Part shown: positions 38,388 through 50,152 of the stretch, one piece after another | Numbering within the stretch: position 1 is the stretch's first letter | Layout: every line of letters begins with the position of its first letter | Assembly (NCBI GenBank): GCA_965209055.1 | Contig: OZ242374.1 | Coordinates: 4,992,001-5,056,000, forward strand | Length of the DNA: 64,000 nucleotides | Reading direction: 5' to 3' | Source of the DNA: Acidobacteriota bacterium | Lineage (GTDB): Bacteria > Acidobacteriota > UBA6911 > RPQK01 > JAJDTT01 | Notes under the pieces: generated by a model | Seen by the model: only the letters and a program-made list of their open reading frames with translations | Database searches by the model: none | Told to the model about the DNA's origin: nothing | Translations under genes and position numbers: made by a program

Positions 38388-38476
38388 TGGTGCCGGAGGC
38401 GGGATTCGAACCCGCACACTCGTTTCGAGCGCCACCCCCTCAAGATGGTGTGTCTGCCAAGTTCCACCACTCCGGC
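38388..38476 (-). tRNA. tRNA-Leu(GAG)
   Basis: GCCGGAGTGGTGGAACTTGGCAGACACACCATCTTGAGGGGGTGG...GGTTCGAATCCCGCCTCCGGCACCA; long variable arm; lies downstream of secG as in many bacteria. Confidence 0.96.
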
Positions 38477-38482
38477 ACGAAT

Positions 38483-38833
38483 CTATTGCTGGCCCTCCGG
38501 CGCGGCCTCGGCCGGTGGGGTTTCCGAAGGCGTTTGCGACTCGGGAACCGCGGATTCCGGAGTTGCTCCCGTTACGGGCACGTCCTCCATCACCGTGGAC
38601 TCGGTCCCCTGGGTGAAGAGAATCGCCAATCCCAAAGAGGTCACCATGAAGATCACGGCACACAAAGTGGTCCCTTTGGTGAGAAGCGTCGCCGCCGACC
38701 GGGCGCCGAACGCCGTCTGGCTGGTGGTCCCGCCGAAGGCGGACGCCAAGTCTCCCGCCTTTCCCGACTGCAGGAGAACGACGAGAATCAAAACGATGCA
38801 GGCAAGCACGTGAAATATCGTCAAGAGGGTCAT
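38483..38833 (-). CDS. secG: Preprotein translocase subunit SecG
   Basis: [21 protein letters not shown], two TM segments. Confidence 0.93.
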   Translation of the reverse strand: MTLLTIFHVLACIVLILVVLLQSGKAGDLASAFGGTTSQTAFGARSAATLLTKGTTLCAVIFMVTSLGLAILFTQGTESTVMEDVPVTGATPESAVPESQTPSETPPAEAAPEGQQ

Positions 38834-38951
38834 TTTGATCTATCGATGCCTCCACAGGCCGCCTCCGGCGCCAAGCCGGGCGGCCAATTCCAAAATCCGC
38901 GAACTCCGGTCTTCTTCGGTCTCCGAAAAACGGGCCGTGGGCCCATTATAC

Positions 38952-39761
38952 TCATTTGAACTCGACAATCCGTGAGAAAGACTCGGCTTCAAGACTGGCG
39001 CCGCCGACCAGAGCCCCGTCGATGTTCTCCCGGCTCATCAGCTCTCCGGCGTTGGCCGGTTTGACGCTTCCGCCGTAGAGGATCCTCGCCGCGGCCGCCA
39101 TGTCCGCCGAACAGCGCCGGGCCAACCACCCCCGGATCATGCCATGCACCTGGTCGGCGATGTCCGGAGTCGCCGTCATACCGGTGCCGATGGCCCAGAC
39201 CGGCTCATAGGCCACCACCAGGCCACCCAGACCCGAGGCCTCCACCCCGGCCAGCGCTCCCGAAAGCTGCCTCTGGATCACTTCTTCCGCCCGGCCAGAC
39301 TCCCGTTGGGACAGAGACTCCCCGACACACAGAATCGGGATCAGAGGCGTGGCGAGAACAGCCCTGAGCTTGCGGGAGACGGTCTCATCCGTTTCGGAGA
39401 AATACTGGCGCCGTTCCGAGTGCCCCAGCAGGACGTATCTGCAACCGCAATCCAGGAGCATCCCGGCCGAAATCTCGCCGGTAAAGGCGCCTTCGTCCTC
39501 CCAGTGGAGGTTCTGTCCCCCCACTTGGATTCCGGACCCGGAGAGGGCCTCATGGACCGCTGCCAACGCGGTGAAGGCCGGGCACACCAACACTTCGCGA
39601 GACTGCAGCGCAGGACCGCCGTCCAGGAGGGCCTTCAGCCGCGCGGCCGTCTCCCTGGCTTCGGAGACGGTTTTGAACATCTTCCAGTTTGCCGCAATGA
39701 TGGGTTTTCTCTGATGACTCACCTTGATCCCTCCACTGAATGCAGGTTCCGAGGGGTTCAA
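38952..39761 (-). CDS. tpiA: Triose-phosphate isomerase (alternative start GTG 39722)
   Basis: ANWKM, GHSERR, AYEPVWAIGTG, LYGGSVK. Confidence 0.97.
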   Translation of the reverse strand: MNPSEPAFSGGIKVSHQRKPIIAANWKMFKTVSEARETAARLKALLDGGPALQSREVLVCPAFTALAAVHEALSGSGIQVGGQNLHWEDEGAFTGEISAGMLLDCGCRYVLLGHSERRQYFSETDETVSRKLRAVLATPLIPILCVGESLSQRESGRAEEVIQRQLSGALAGVEASGLGGLVVAYEPVWAIGTGMTATPDIADQVHGMIRGWLARRCSADMAAAARILYGGSVKPANAGELMSRENIDGALVGGASLEAESFSRIVEFK

Positions 39762-40951
39762 CCGCTGCCCGACAAGACTGCGACTCCGGGAAGGGTCTTC
39801 CCGGCCAGGTAGTCCAGGGACGCTCCCCCGCCGGTGGACACGTGATCGATGGCATCCCGGACCCCGGCCCGGACGACGGCGGCCGCCGAGTCGCCGCCGC
39901 CGACGACGGAAAAGGCCCGGGAAGCCCCCACCGACCGGGCCACCCCCAGCGTGCCGGCGGCGAACTCCTCCACTTCGAATACTCCGAGCGGTCCGTTCCA
40001 GATGACGGTTTCCGCCTTTTCGATCTCCTGGCCGAAACGCCGCCGGGTTCCGGGTCCGATATCCAACCCCATCTTGTCAGGCGGAAGAGACTCTACCGGG
40101 ACCGTCCAGGTCTCCTCTCCAGGAGCGCAATTGCGGGCAACCACGACATCCTCAGGAAGCACCAGGCGAGTCCCGGACTTCTTGGCTTCCCGGAGCGCCT
40201 TCCGGGCCGTCTCCAGACAGGATTCCTCCACCAGCGACCGTCCCACGTCGACTCCGAGAGCCTTCAGGAAGGTAAAGGCCATGCCTCCTCCCATCAGGAT
40301 CGTGTCCGCCAAGGAAAGGAAGTTTTCGATCACGCCGATCTTGCCCGACACCTTGGCGCCGCCCAGTATGGCCACCACCGGAGGGCGGGGGTCCGAGAGG
40401 ACCCGGTCCAGATGACGGAGCTCCTTTTCCATCAGGAGTCCGGCGGCTCCGCGTCCCAGGAAGGTGGGGACGCCCACGGTCGAGGCATGGGATCGATGTG
40501 CTGTCCCGAACGCGTCGTTGACGTACTCCTCCGCGGGAGCCGCCAGCCGGGCCGCGAAATCAGGGTCGTTCTCCACCTCCGCGGAATGGAATCTCAGGTT
40601 TTCAAGCAGCAGGATTTCCCCCGGTCCGAGGGAATTCACGGCCCGCCGGACCGGCGGGCCCAGGCAGTCCCCGACGAATCGAACCGGACTTCCCAACAGC
40701 GACGAGAGACAGCCGGAGACCGGCTCCAGAGACAGGGACGGGTTGCTCTTGCCCCCGGGCCGGCCCAGGTGGGACGCCAACACCACTCTCGCGCCCTTTT
40801 CCACGGCGACCCTGATGCTGGGAATCGAGGCCCGGACACGGGTGTCGTCGACGACCCGTCCTGCCTGAGTCGGCACGTTGTAATCGACTCGGAGGAAGAG
40901 CGTTCTTTCCGCCAACTCCAGGTCTCGAATGGATCGCTTGCGTGGATACAC
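39758..40951 (-). CDS. pgk: Phosphoglycerate kinase
   Basis: RVDYNVP, SHLGRP, LLENLRF, NDAFGTAHR, STGGGASL. Confidence 0.97.
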   Translation of the reverse strand: MYPRKRSIRDLELAERTLFLRVDYNVPTQAGRVVDDTRVRASIPSIRVAVEKGARVVLASHLGRPGGKSNPSLSLEPVSGCLSSLLGSPVRFVGDCLGPPVRRAVNSLGPGEILLLENLRFHSAEVENDPDFAARLAAPAEEYVNDAFGTAHRSHASTVGVPTFLGRGAAGLLMEKELRHLDRVLSDPRPPVVAILGGAKVSGKIGVIENFLSLADTILMGGGMAFTFLKALGVDVGRSLVEESCLETARKALREAKKSGTRLVLPEDVVVARNCAPGEETWTVPVESLPPDKMGLDIGPGTRRRFGQEIEKAETVIWNGPLGVFEVEEFAAGTLGVARSVGASRAFSVVGGGDSAAAVVRAGVRDAIDHVSTGGGASLDYLAGKTLPGVAVLSGSG

Positions 40952-41061
40952 CTGAACTCACCTTGTGGGAGATTCCGGTCCGAAGACGGGAAACGGCCGG
41001 TGGCATCATGTCCAACTGGCGCTTCTCCGGTCCCGCCACGGTGGACGGTTATTCTGGAGTT

Positions 41062-41137
41062 CGGCGGCTAGAAAGCCGCCGCTCCTGTTCGGCGACTGGA
41101 AAGTCGCCGCTCCCGGCGACAGGAAAGTCGCCGCTCC
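41062..41137. repeat. Three tandem 24-bp REP-like hairpins
   Basis: CGGCGGCTAGAAAGCCGCCGCTCC, CGGCGACTGGAAAGTCGCCGCTCC, CGGCGACAGGAAAGTCGCCGCTCC. Confidence 0.85.
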
Positions 41138-41143
41138 TCTCCG

Positions 41144-43206
<2,063 letters not shown>

Positions 43207-43379
43207 GGAAACGGACCCACGACAAAAAGGAGCGTCGTCCATCCCGACCCGGATTCCGCCGCGGCCGCGATCGGACTTCGACGCTCCCGAATCAGGCCAA
43301 ATTTAAGACTTCCACACCGCCTGTCCGGCTTCAAGTCGAGACGCGCATGGCGACTTTCAGCCCTGATCCCTAGAATTGG

Positions 43380-46300
43380 TTGAAGAAGGCACCGACAGGC
43401 AGGGAACAATTCATGGTCCAGTTTCAACCGGTGGTTCAGGAGTGGTTCCGGGACCGTTTCGGAGAGCCGACCGAGCCTCAGCGTCTCGGGTGGCCGCCCA
43501 TTCAGACGGGCGGGAACGTCCTGATCGCGGCCCCGACCGGCTCCGGGAAGACGCTGGCCGCCTTTCTTTGCGCCATCGACCGGTTGATCGGGCAGAGTTC
43601 CCGCGGGGAGCTGTCCCAGAGCACCCAGATCGTTTACGTCTCCCCTTTGAAGGCGCTGGCCAACGACATCCGAATGAACCTGCTGGAGCCCCTGGAGCAG
43701 ATTCAGCAATTGGGCGAGTCCCGGGGCATGCGGCTCTCCCCCATACAAGCGCGGGTCCGGACGGGAGACACCCTGGCCCGGGAACGCGCCCGAATGACGC
43801 GCACCCCTCCGCACATCCTGGTCACGACTCCCGAGTCCCTCTTCATCCTGCTCACCTCCCGCGGAGGACGGGAGATGCTGAAGGAGACCCGGACCGTGAT
43901 CGTGGACGAGATTCACGCCCTGGCCCGGGACAAGAGGGGCTCCCACCTGAGTCTCACCCTGGAGCGGCTGGAGGACCTCACCGGATCCGCGATTCAGAGA
44001 ATCGGGCTCTCGGCGACCCAGAAACCGATCCGGGAAATCGCCGGGTTTCTCACCGGACCCGATCGCCCGGCCCGCATCATCGACGTGGGTCACCGCCGGA
44101 AGATGGATCTGGCCATCGAGGTCCCCGGCGCCGAGCGGGGAGCGGTCATCTCCCACGAGACCTGGGACGACATCTACAACCGCATCACCGAGCTCATCGA
44201 GGAGCATCGCGCCACGCTGGTCTTCGTCAACACCCGGCGGCTGGCCGAACGCCTGGCTCATCAACTGGCCCAGCGGCTCGGCGAATCGGCCGTTCAGGCC
44301 CACCACGGGAGCCTCTCCCGCGAGATCCGGCTGGACGTGGAGTCGCGGCTGAAACAGGGCGAACTCAAGGGAGTGGTGGCCACCGCCTCTCTGGAGTTGG
44401 GAATCGACGTGGGCTGGGTGGACCTGGTCTGCCAGATCGGCTCGACGCGGAATATCGCCCTCCTGCTCCAGAGGGTGGGCCGATCGGGACACTGGAAGGG
44501 CGCCATTCCCAAGGGTCGAATCTTCCCCACCACTCGGGACGAGCTGTTGGAGAGCGCCGCCCTGGTCCGGTCCATCCACGACGGAACCTTGGACCGCATC
44601 ATCATTCCCCGCTGCCCGCTGGACGTCCTGGCGCAGCAGATGGTGGCCGCTGCGGCTTCCCGGGAATGGGGTGACGAGGAAATGTTCTCCACGTTTCGCC
44701 GGGCCGCCTCCTACCGGGACTTGAGCCGGCGGGACTTCGACCGGATTCTGGCCATGCTCTCCGAGGGCATCTCCACCCGCCGCGGCCGCCGGGGAGCCTA
44801 CCTCCACTGGGACCGGATCCGGGGAAGGATCCGGCCGCGAAGAGGCGCCGGGCTCGTGGCCATGACCTCCGGAGGAGCCATTCCCGACAGGGCCGACTTC
44901 CTGGTCAAGGAAGAGCCCGAAGACACGGTCGTGGGGACCCTGGACGAAGACTTCGCCGTCGAGAGCAGCCGGGGCGACATCTTCCTCCTGGGCAGCACCT
45001 CGTGGAGGATCCGGCGAGTGGAATCGGGCACCGTGCGGGTCCAAAACGCCCAGGGAGCCCCGCCCACCGTCCCCTTCTGGCGGGGAGAGGCGCCCGGCCG
45101 GACCTGGGAGCTCTCCGAGTCCCTCTCCCGGCTCCGGGAGGAGATCGTCCAATCCAGCGATGTCGAGGCCGACGTATTGCTCCGGAAGGACTGCGGCCTC
45201 GATCAGTTCGGAGCCATCCAGGCGATCCAATACGTCCGGGCGGGCGCCGCAGCCCTGAAAACTCCGCCGACGCTCCAACAGGTGGTGGCGGAGAGGTTCT
45301 TCGACGAATCGGGGGGGATGCAACTGGTGGTGCACGCGCCCTTCGGCACCCGTCTCAACCGGGCCTGGGGATTGGCTTTGCGCAAGCGTTTCTGCCGGTC
45401 CTTCAACTTCGAGCTTCAGGCGGCCGCCACCGACAACGGCATCCTCATCTCGCTGAGCGATCAGCACAGCTTCCCGTTGGAGACCATCTTCTCCTTCCTG
45501 TCTGCGGCATCCGTGAAGGAGACCCTGATTCAGGCGCTGCTGGACACGCCTCTGTTCGGGACCCGGTGGCGCTGGAACGCCTGCCGCGCCCTGGCGGTTC
45601 CCCGCTTCGCCGGGGGCCGCAAGGTCCCACCGCCGCTGCAGCGCATGCGATCCGACGACCTGCTGGCTTCCGTGTTTCCCGAACAGGCCGCCTGCCAGGA
45701 GAATATCCAGGGCGACATCGCCGTCCCCGATCATCCGCTGGTCCAGGAGACACTTCACGACTGCCTCACCGAGGCCACGGATATCGAGGGCCTGGAAGAG
45801 GTCCTGGCGGGAATCGAGCGTGGAAATATTCTTACGACGGCCGTGGATACGAGGGAACCGTCTCCCTTCAGCCACGAGATCCTCAATGCCAACCCCTATG
45901 CCTTCCTGGACGACGCGCCCCTGGAGGAACGCCGGGCCCGCGCCGTCCGGACCCGGCGCAACATCCTGCCCGAGGAGGCCCGGGACCTTTGCGATCTGGA
46001 CCCCGACGCCATTCGGGAGGTCTGTTCCCAGGCCTGGCCGACGATTCGGGACGCCGATGAGCTTCACGACGCCTTCCTGACCCTGGGCCTGATGGCGGAA
46101 TCGGAAATCGCGCCCCATGCGGACCTGTTGCAGCAACTTCTGGGGGAGAACCGGGTGCGCCGGGTTCGACTGCCGGCGACGTCCGGAGATGCCGGATCTG
46201 ACCGGGCGGCCGGTTACTTCGCGTCGGCCGAGCGGACGAGGCTGATCCGGCTGGCTTATCCGGGAGCGCATATCGAGCCGCCAGGCCGAAGCGATGCGGA

Positions 46301-47729
46301 CGAACCGGGCTGGGAGCGCGACCGGGACCTGGATCACCAGGAGGCCTTGACCGAACTGGTCCGCAGCCGGCTCGACGTCTCCGGCCCCCTGACCTGCGGT
46401 GAACTCTGCGCACGCCTCCGGATCCCGGAAGCCGGAGTGACGGCGGCTCTCCACGCCTTGGAGTCGGAAGGCCATACCCTCAGAGGACGTTTTCGGCCCG
46501 GCGCCGAGGAGACCGAGTGGTGCGAGAGGGGACTCCTGGCCCGCATCCACCGCATGACCCTGGGCCGGCTGCGCCGGCGGATCGCGCCGGTCTCCGCCGC
46601 CCAGTTCATGCGCTTCCTCTTCCGCTGGCAACACCTCGCCCCCCCCAGCCGGCTGCACGGCGAGGTGGGCCTGTCCCTGATTCTGGAGCAGCTCCAAGGG
46701 TACGAGGCGCCGGCGGCATCCTGGGAAATGCACCTGCTCAAGGTCCGTCTTCACGACTACGAGCCTTCGCTCCTGGACCGGGCCTGCCTCTCCGGCCTCT
46801 TCACCTGGGGGCGGCTCAGCAACGGATTCTCCCGGGCGGCGCCGGATCGAACCGGCGCCCGGATGAAACCGAGCCGGTTGACTCCCATCTCTTTTTTCCG
46901 CCGGGAGGAGATGGACCACTTCCTCTCCCTCCGGTCCCAAGGCAACGGCGCCGACACTTCTTCCCTCTCCCATCCGGCAAGAGAGATACTGGCCGACCTG
47001 GAGCGTTGGGGAGCGTCGTTCCTGGAAGACCTGGTGCGCGGCACCGGCCGGCTCCCGGTGGAGGTGGAAGAGGGCCTCTGGGAACTGGCGCGCTGCGGAC
47101 TGGTCACGGCCGACGGGTTCGATAACCTGCGAGCCATCATCGATCCTTCGCGGAGGCGGGGTCCTCAACGCCCCTCCCGGATCCGAAAGCGCAAAGCCAG
47201 GGTGAAGCCGGCGGCGGGCCGCTGGACCCTTCTGAGACGCCGCCGCGACCGGGAAATCGAATCCGCCGGCTCGACCCCGAACCTGGAGCCTGTGGCCCGT
47301 CAACTGCTCAAACGCTGGGGCATCGTCTTTCGCGATCTCCTGGCGCGCGAACCGTGCGCTCCTTCCTGGAGAGACCTGCTTCAGGTGTACCGCCGCTTGG
47401 AGGCCAGAGGAGAGATTCGCGGAGGGCGGTTCATAGCCGGCTATTACGGAGACCAGTTCTCGCTGCCGGAAGCCCTGGAAGCGCTCAGGGCCTGCCGCCG
47501 CCTGGACCCGGACGGCGAGGTGATCCGCGTGGCCACAGCGGACCCCTTGAACCTGGCGGGAATCATCCTTCCCGGAAACCGCGTTCGGCCCACTCCCGGC
47601 GGCTTCCTTTTTTACCGCGACGGGCTACCGGTGGGGGATCGGGAGAATCCGCCGCCCGGATTGCCACCCGGGACCGCTCCCCGCATCGGCCGAAAGCCTA
47701 CCTTTGCAGCTTCGCCACCACCGACTTGA
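43380..47729 (+). CDS. lhr: Lhr-like DEAD/DEAH-box helicase with C-terminal winged-helix region
   Basis: APTGSGKT, DEIH, LSATQ, HHGSL, SLELGID, QRVGRSGH, RGGRF. Alternative start ATG 43412. Confidence 0.88.
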   Translation: MKKAPTGREQFMVQFQPVVQEWFRDRFGEPTEPQRLGWPPIQTGGNVLIAAPTGSGKTLAAFLCAIDRLIGQSSRGELSQSTQIVYVSPLKALANDIRMNLLEPLEQIQQLGESRGMRLSPIQARVRTGDTLARERARMTRTPPHILVTTPESLFILLTSRGGREMLKETRTVIVDEIHALARDKRGSHLSLTLERLEDLTGSAIQRIGLSATQKPIREIAGFLTGPDRPARIIDVGHRRKMDLAIEVPGAERGAVISHETWDDIYNRITELIEEHRATLVFVNTRRLAERLAHQLAQRLGESAVQAHHGSLSREIRLDVESRLKQGELKGVVATASLELGIDVGWVDLVCQIGSTRNIALLLQRVGRSGHWKGAIPKGRIFPTTRDELLESAALVRSIHDGTLDRIIIPRCPLDVLAQQMVAAAASREWGDEEMFSTFRRAASYRDLSRRDFDRILAMLSEGISTRRGRRGAYLHWDRIRGRIRPRRGAGLVAMTSGGAIPDRADFLVKEEPEDTVVGTLDEDFAVESSRGDIFLLGSTSWRIRRVESGTVRVQNAQGAPPTVPFWRGEAPGRTWELSESLSRLREEIVQSSDVEADVLLRKDCGLDQFGAIQAIQYVRAGAAALKTPPTLQQVVAERFFDESGGMQLVVHAPFGTRLNRAWGLALRKRFCRSFNFELQAAATDNGILISLSDQHSFPLETIFSFLSAASVKETLIQALLDTPLFGTRWRWNACRALAVPRFAGGRKVPPPLQRMRSDDLLASVFPEQAACQENIQGDIAVPDHPLVQETLHDCLTEATDIEGLEEVLAGIERGNILTTAVDTREPSPFSHEILNANPYAFLDDAPLEERRARAVRTRRNILPEEARDLCDLDPDAIREVCSQAWPTIRDADELHDAFLTLGLMAESEIAPHADLLQQLLGENRVRRVRLPATSGDAGSDRAAGYFASAERTRLIRLAYPGAHIEPPGRSDADEPGWERDRDLDHQEALTELVRSRLDVSGPLTCGELCARLRIPEAGVTAALHALESEGHTLRGRFRPGAEETEWCERGLLARIHRMTLGRLRRRIAPVSAAQFMRFLFRWQHLAPPSRLHGEVGLSLILEQLQGYEAPAASWEMHLLKVRLHDYEPSLLDRACLSGLFTWGRLSNGFSRAAPDRTGARMKPSRLTPISFFRREEMDHFLSLRSQGNGADTSSLSHPAREILADLERWGASFLEDLVRGTGRLPVEVEEGLWELARCGLVTADGFDNLRAIIDPSRRRGPQRPSRIRKRKARVKPAAGRWTLLRRRRDREIESAGSTPNLEPVARQLLKRWGIVFRDLLAREPCAPSWRDLLQVYRRLEARGEIRGGRFIAGYYGDQFSLPEALEALRACRRLDPDGEVIRVATADPLNLAGIILPGNRVRPTPGGFLFYRDGLPVGDRENPPPGLPPGTAPRIGRKPTFAASPPPT

Positions 47730-48759
47730 TCTCTTCCAGCCGATTCCTGGGGACGATCAGGGTCCGGTCCCCGGCCCGGACCGCCACCAGCCCCTCGACG
47801 CCCACCACGACCACCGTCTCCGACGGGTCGTCGCAATAGATCAAATTGTCTCGGGCGCCCAGGGTTCGGACCCGGCCCCGGCAGGCGTTTCCGTCCCGGT
47901 CCTCATCCAGGAAGGGCAGCAGGGCCAGCCAACCTCCCAGATCGGTCCAGGAGAAGGACGAGGCCACGCACCGCACATCCCGGGCCTTTTCCATCACCGC
48001 GAAGTCGATGGAGATCGATTCCAGGGGATCGAGGCCGGCTACGAGTGCCCGGGGCCAGGATTCGGTACCGAAGCTCTCGACGGCGGCGGTGAGGCGCCGG
48101 ACGTGACGCGGCAGGTTCCTCTCCAACTCCTGGAGGATCGCTTGAGCGGACCAGACGAACATCCCCGAATTCCAGAAGTAGTTCCCCGAGGCCACGTACT
48201 TCCGCGCCACCTCCAGATTCGGTTTTTCCCGGAAGCTGGCGACTCGGAAATGCTGTACGCCGGGGTCCGGGTCCAGCCGCTCGCCCGTCTCCAGGTAGCC
48301 GTAGGCAGTGGAGGGGGAAGTGGGACGGATCCCGAAGGTGTACAGGGCCCCGCTGGAGGCCGCGCCCCGGGCAGCCGAGACCAGGCTCCTGCGAAACTCG
48401 TCCACCGGCTCGATCAGGTGGTCGGCGGTCACCGTGGCGATGACGCTGTCTCCGAATCTCTTTCGCGCCAGGGTGGCCGCCAGGCAGACGGCGGCGGCCG
48501 TGTCCCGGCGCAGCGGCTCTCCCACCACGTTGTGAGCCGGGATCTGGGGAAGCTGCTCCCGAACCAGGGGAACGAACGCCTCGTTGGTGAGGACCAGGAT
48601 CCGTTCCCGGTCGATGAGCCCGTCCAACCGGAGAAAACTCTTCTGGAGCAGGCTCTCCTCGTCGACCAGGCTGAGAAACTGCTTGGGCCGCTCGGCGGTG
48701 CTGAGAGGCCAGAAACGGGTTCCGGCGCCACCGGCCATGATGATTCCCACCAGGTCCAT
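47698..48759 (-). CDS. manC: Mannose-1-phosphate guanylyltransferase
   Basis: MAGGAGTRFWPLS..RPKQFL, FREKP, WNSGMF, SIDFAVMEK. Confidence 0.9.
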   Translation of the reverse strand: MDLVGIIMAGGAGTRFWPLSTAERPKQFLSLVDEESLLQKSFLRLDGLIDRERILVLTNEAFVPLVREQLPQIPAHNVVGEPLRRDTAAAVCLAATLARKRFGDSVIATVTADHLIEPVDEFRRSLVSAARGAASSGALYTFGIRPTSPSTAYGYLETGERLDPDPGVQHFRVASFREKPNLEVARKYVASGNYFWNSGMFVWSAQAILQELERNLPRHVRRLTAAVESFGTESWPRALVAGLDPLESISIDFAVMEKARDVRCVASSFSWTDLGGWLALLPFLDEDRDGNACRGRVRTLGARDNLIYCDDPSETVVVVGVEGLVAVRAGDRTLIVPRNRLEEIKSVVAKLQR

Positions 48760-48910
48760 CCTTCTCCTCCGTTCTACGCGGCGGCGGAAACCAGGAAATT
48801 CTCGCCGGCACAGTTTTCGAGTCTCTGTCCCCGGGACAAGACGGAAAGTGTAGTAGAGTTCCGGCCATTATGAATAGCACGACAGGTCCCGGAACGGAGC
48901 GGGAACCGGC

Positions 48911-50140
48911 ATGATATCTCCGTCTCAGGCCTGCCGTTGGCTGAATCTGGAGGGAGGCGTCCCGCCGGTCCACGAACCCCCTGACCCGGAGTCGTGCCGC
49001 GGCTGGATCCGGGAGCGGGATCGAGCGGGAGATGCGGTCCTCATCCTGGGAGGCGGCGGCCAGTGGTTCCTGGGAAACGACCCGGAGCGGGCGACCCACA
49101 TCCTTTCCGTCCGCCGGTGGGACCGGATTCTGGACCACAGTCCCGGCGACCTGACGGTCACGGTGGAGGCGGGCTGTCCCTTGCAACGGCTCCAGGAAAC
49201 ATTATCCGAGGCCGGACAGTTCCTGCCCTTCCGTCCACCCAACTACCCGCACGCCACCGTCGGCGGCGCCGTGGCCACAGCCCTCGCCGGGCGTTACGCC
49301 CCGGCCTTGGGCGGGATGAGGGAGTTCCTCATCGGAATCGAGATCCTGCACGCCGACGGCCGGCTCAGCCACGCCGGCGGGCGCGTGGTCAAGAACGTGG
49401 CCGGGTATGACCTGTGCAAGCTCTACGCCGGATCCATGGGGACCCTGGGAATCATCACTCACGCCACGTTCAAGGTGCGTCCCCTCCCCCCCGCGTCCCG
49501 GACCGGAATATTGGAATTCGACCACCTGAGCGAACTGCTGGAGACGGCCCTTTCCTTGCGCAACGAGGTCGCGCCGGCGGCGCTGGAGTTGTTCCGCTCC
49601 GGCGCGGGATTCCGGCTGCCGGAGGCTTCATCGGAACGCTACCGTCTGGCCGTCGAGCTTCGAGATCCGGAGGGCCCGATCCAGTGGAAGAGCCGCGTGC
49701 TCCGGGAACGATGCCCCGGAATTCGATTCCTGGACGGGGCCGAGGCGGACTCTTTCTGGATGGTCCGGGACCGGGAGTTGCGTCTGGCCCTGGAGCCGGA
49801 CAACGGGAGGGTCGTGGTCCGAATCAGCGCTCCCGCCGGGTTGCTGGAAAAGGTCCACCGGTGGCTGGATCAGGCACTGCCGGGTCATGGGCTCTCGGGA
49901 CATGCGGCCGGCAGCACGCTCCTGGTGCTGGCGAACGGAATCGATTTTCTTCGGGACCTCCGGTCCCGTTGGAAGGGGCAGCCCGTCTACACCACCCTTT
50001 TCAAGGCGGACGCGCCCTTGAAGCGGGGCCTGGACGTCTGGGGACCCACGACCCAGCCCGTGCCGCTGATGAAGCGGATCAAGGATCGGTTCGACCCCGG
50101 GCGGACACTGAATCCGGGTCGTTTCTGGGGCCGGATCTAG
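48911..50140 (+). CDS. glcE: FAD-binding oxidoreductase, glycolate oxidase subunit GlcE-like
   Basis: DLTVTVEAG, GGRVVKNVAGYDL.KL..GSMGTLG, FDP..LNPGR. Confidence 0.8.
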   Translation: MISPSQACRWLNLEGGVPPVHEPPDPESCRGWIRERDRAGDAVLILGGGGQWFLGNDPERATHILSVRRWDRILDHSPGDLTVTVEAGCPLQRLQETLSEAGQFLPFRPPNYPHATVGGAVATALAGRYAPALGGMREFLIGIEILHADGRLSHAGGRVVKNVAGYDLCKLYAGSMGTLGIITHATFKVRPLPPASRTGILEFDHLSELLETALSLRNEVAPAALELFRSGAGFRLPEASSERYRLAVELRDPEGPIQWKSRVLRERCPGIRFLDGAEADSFWMVRDRELRLALEPDNGRVVVRISAPAGLLEKVHRWLDQALPGHGLSGHAAGSTLLVLANGIDFLRDLRSRWKGQPVYTTLFKADAPLKRGLDVWGPTTQPVPLMKRIKDRFDPGRTLNPGRFWGRI

Positions 50141-50152
50141 CCCGGCAACGGA

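Noticed and set aside
41062-41137. Possible mini CRISPR array
   Set aside because: Units are separated by only 0-4 nt, there are no spacers and no cas genes; better explained as REP-like hairpins.
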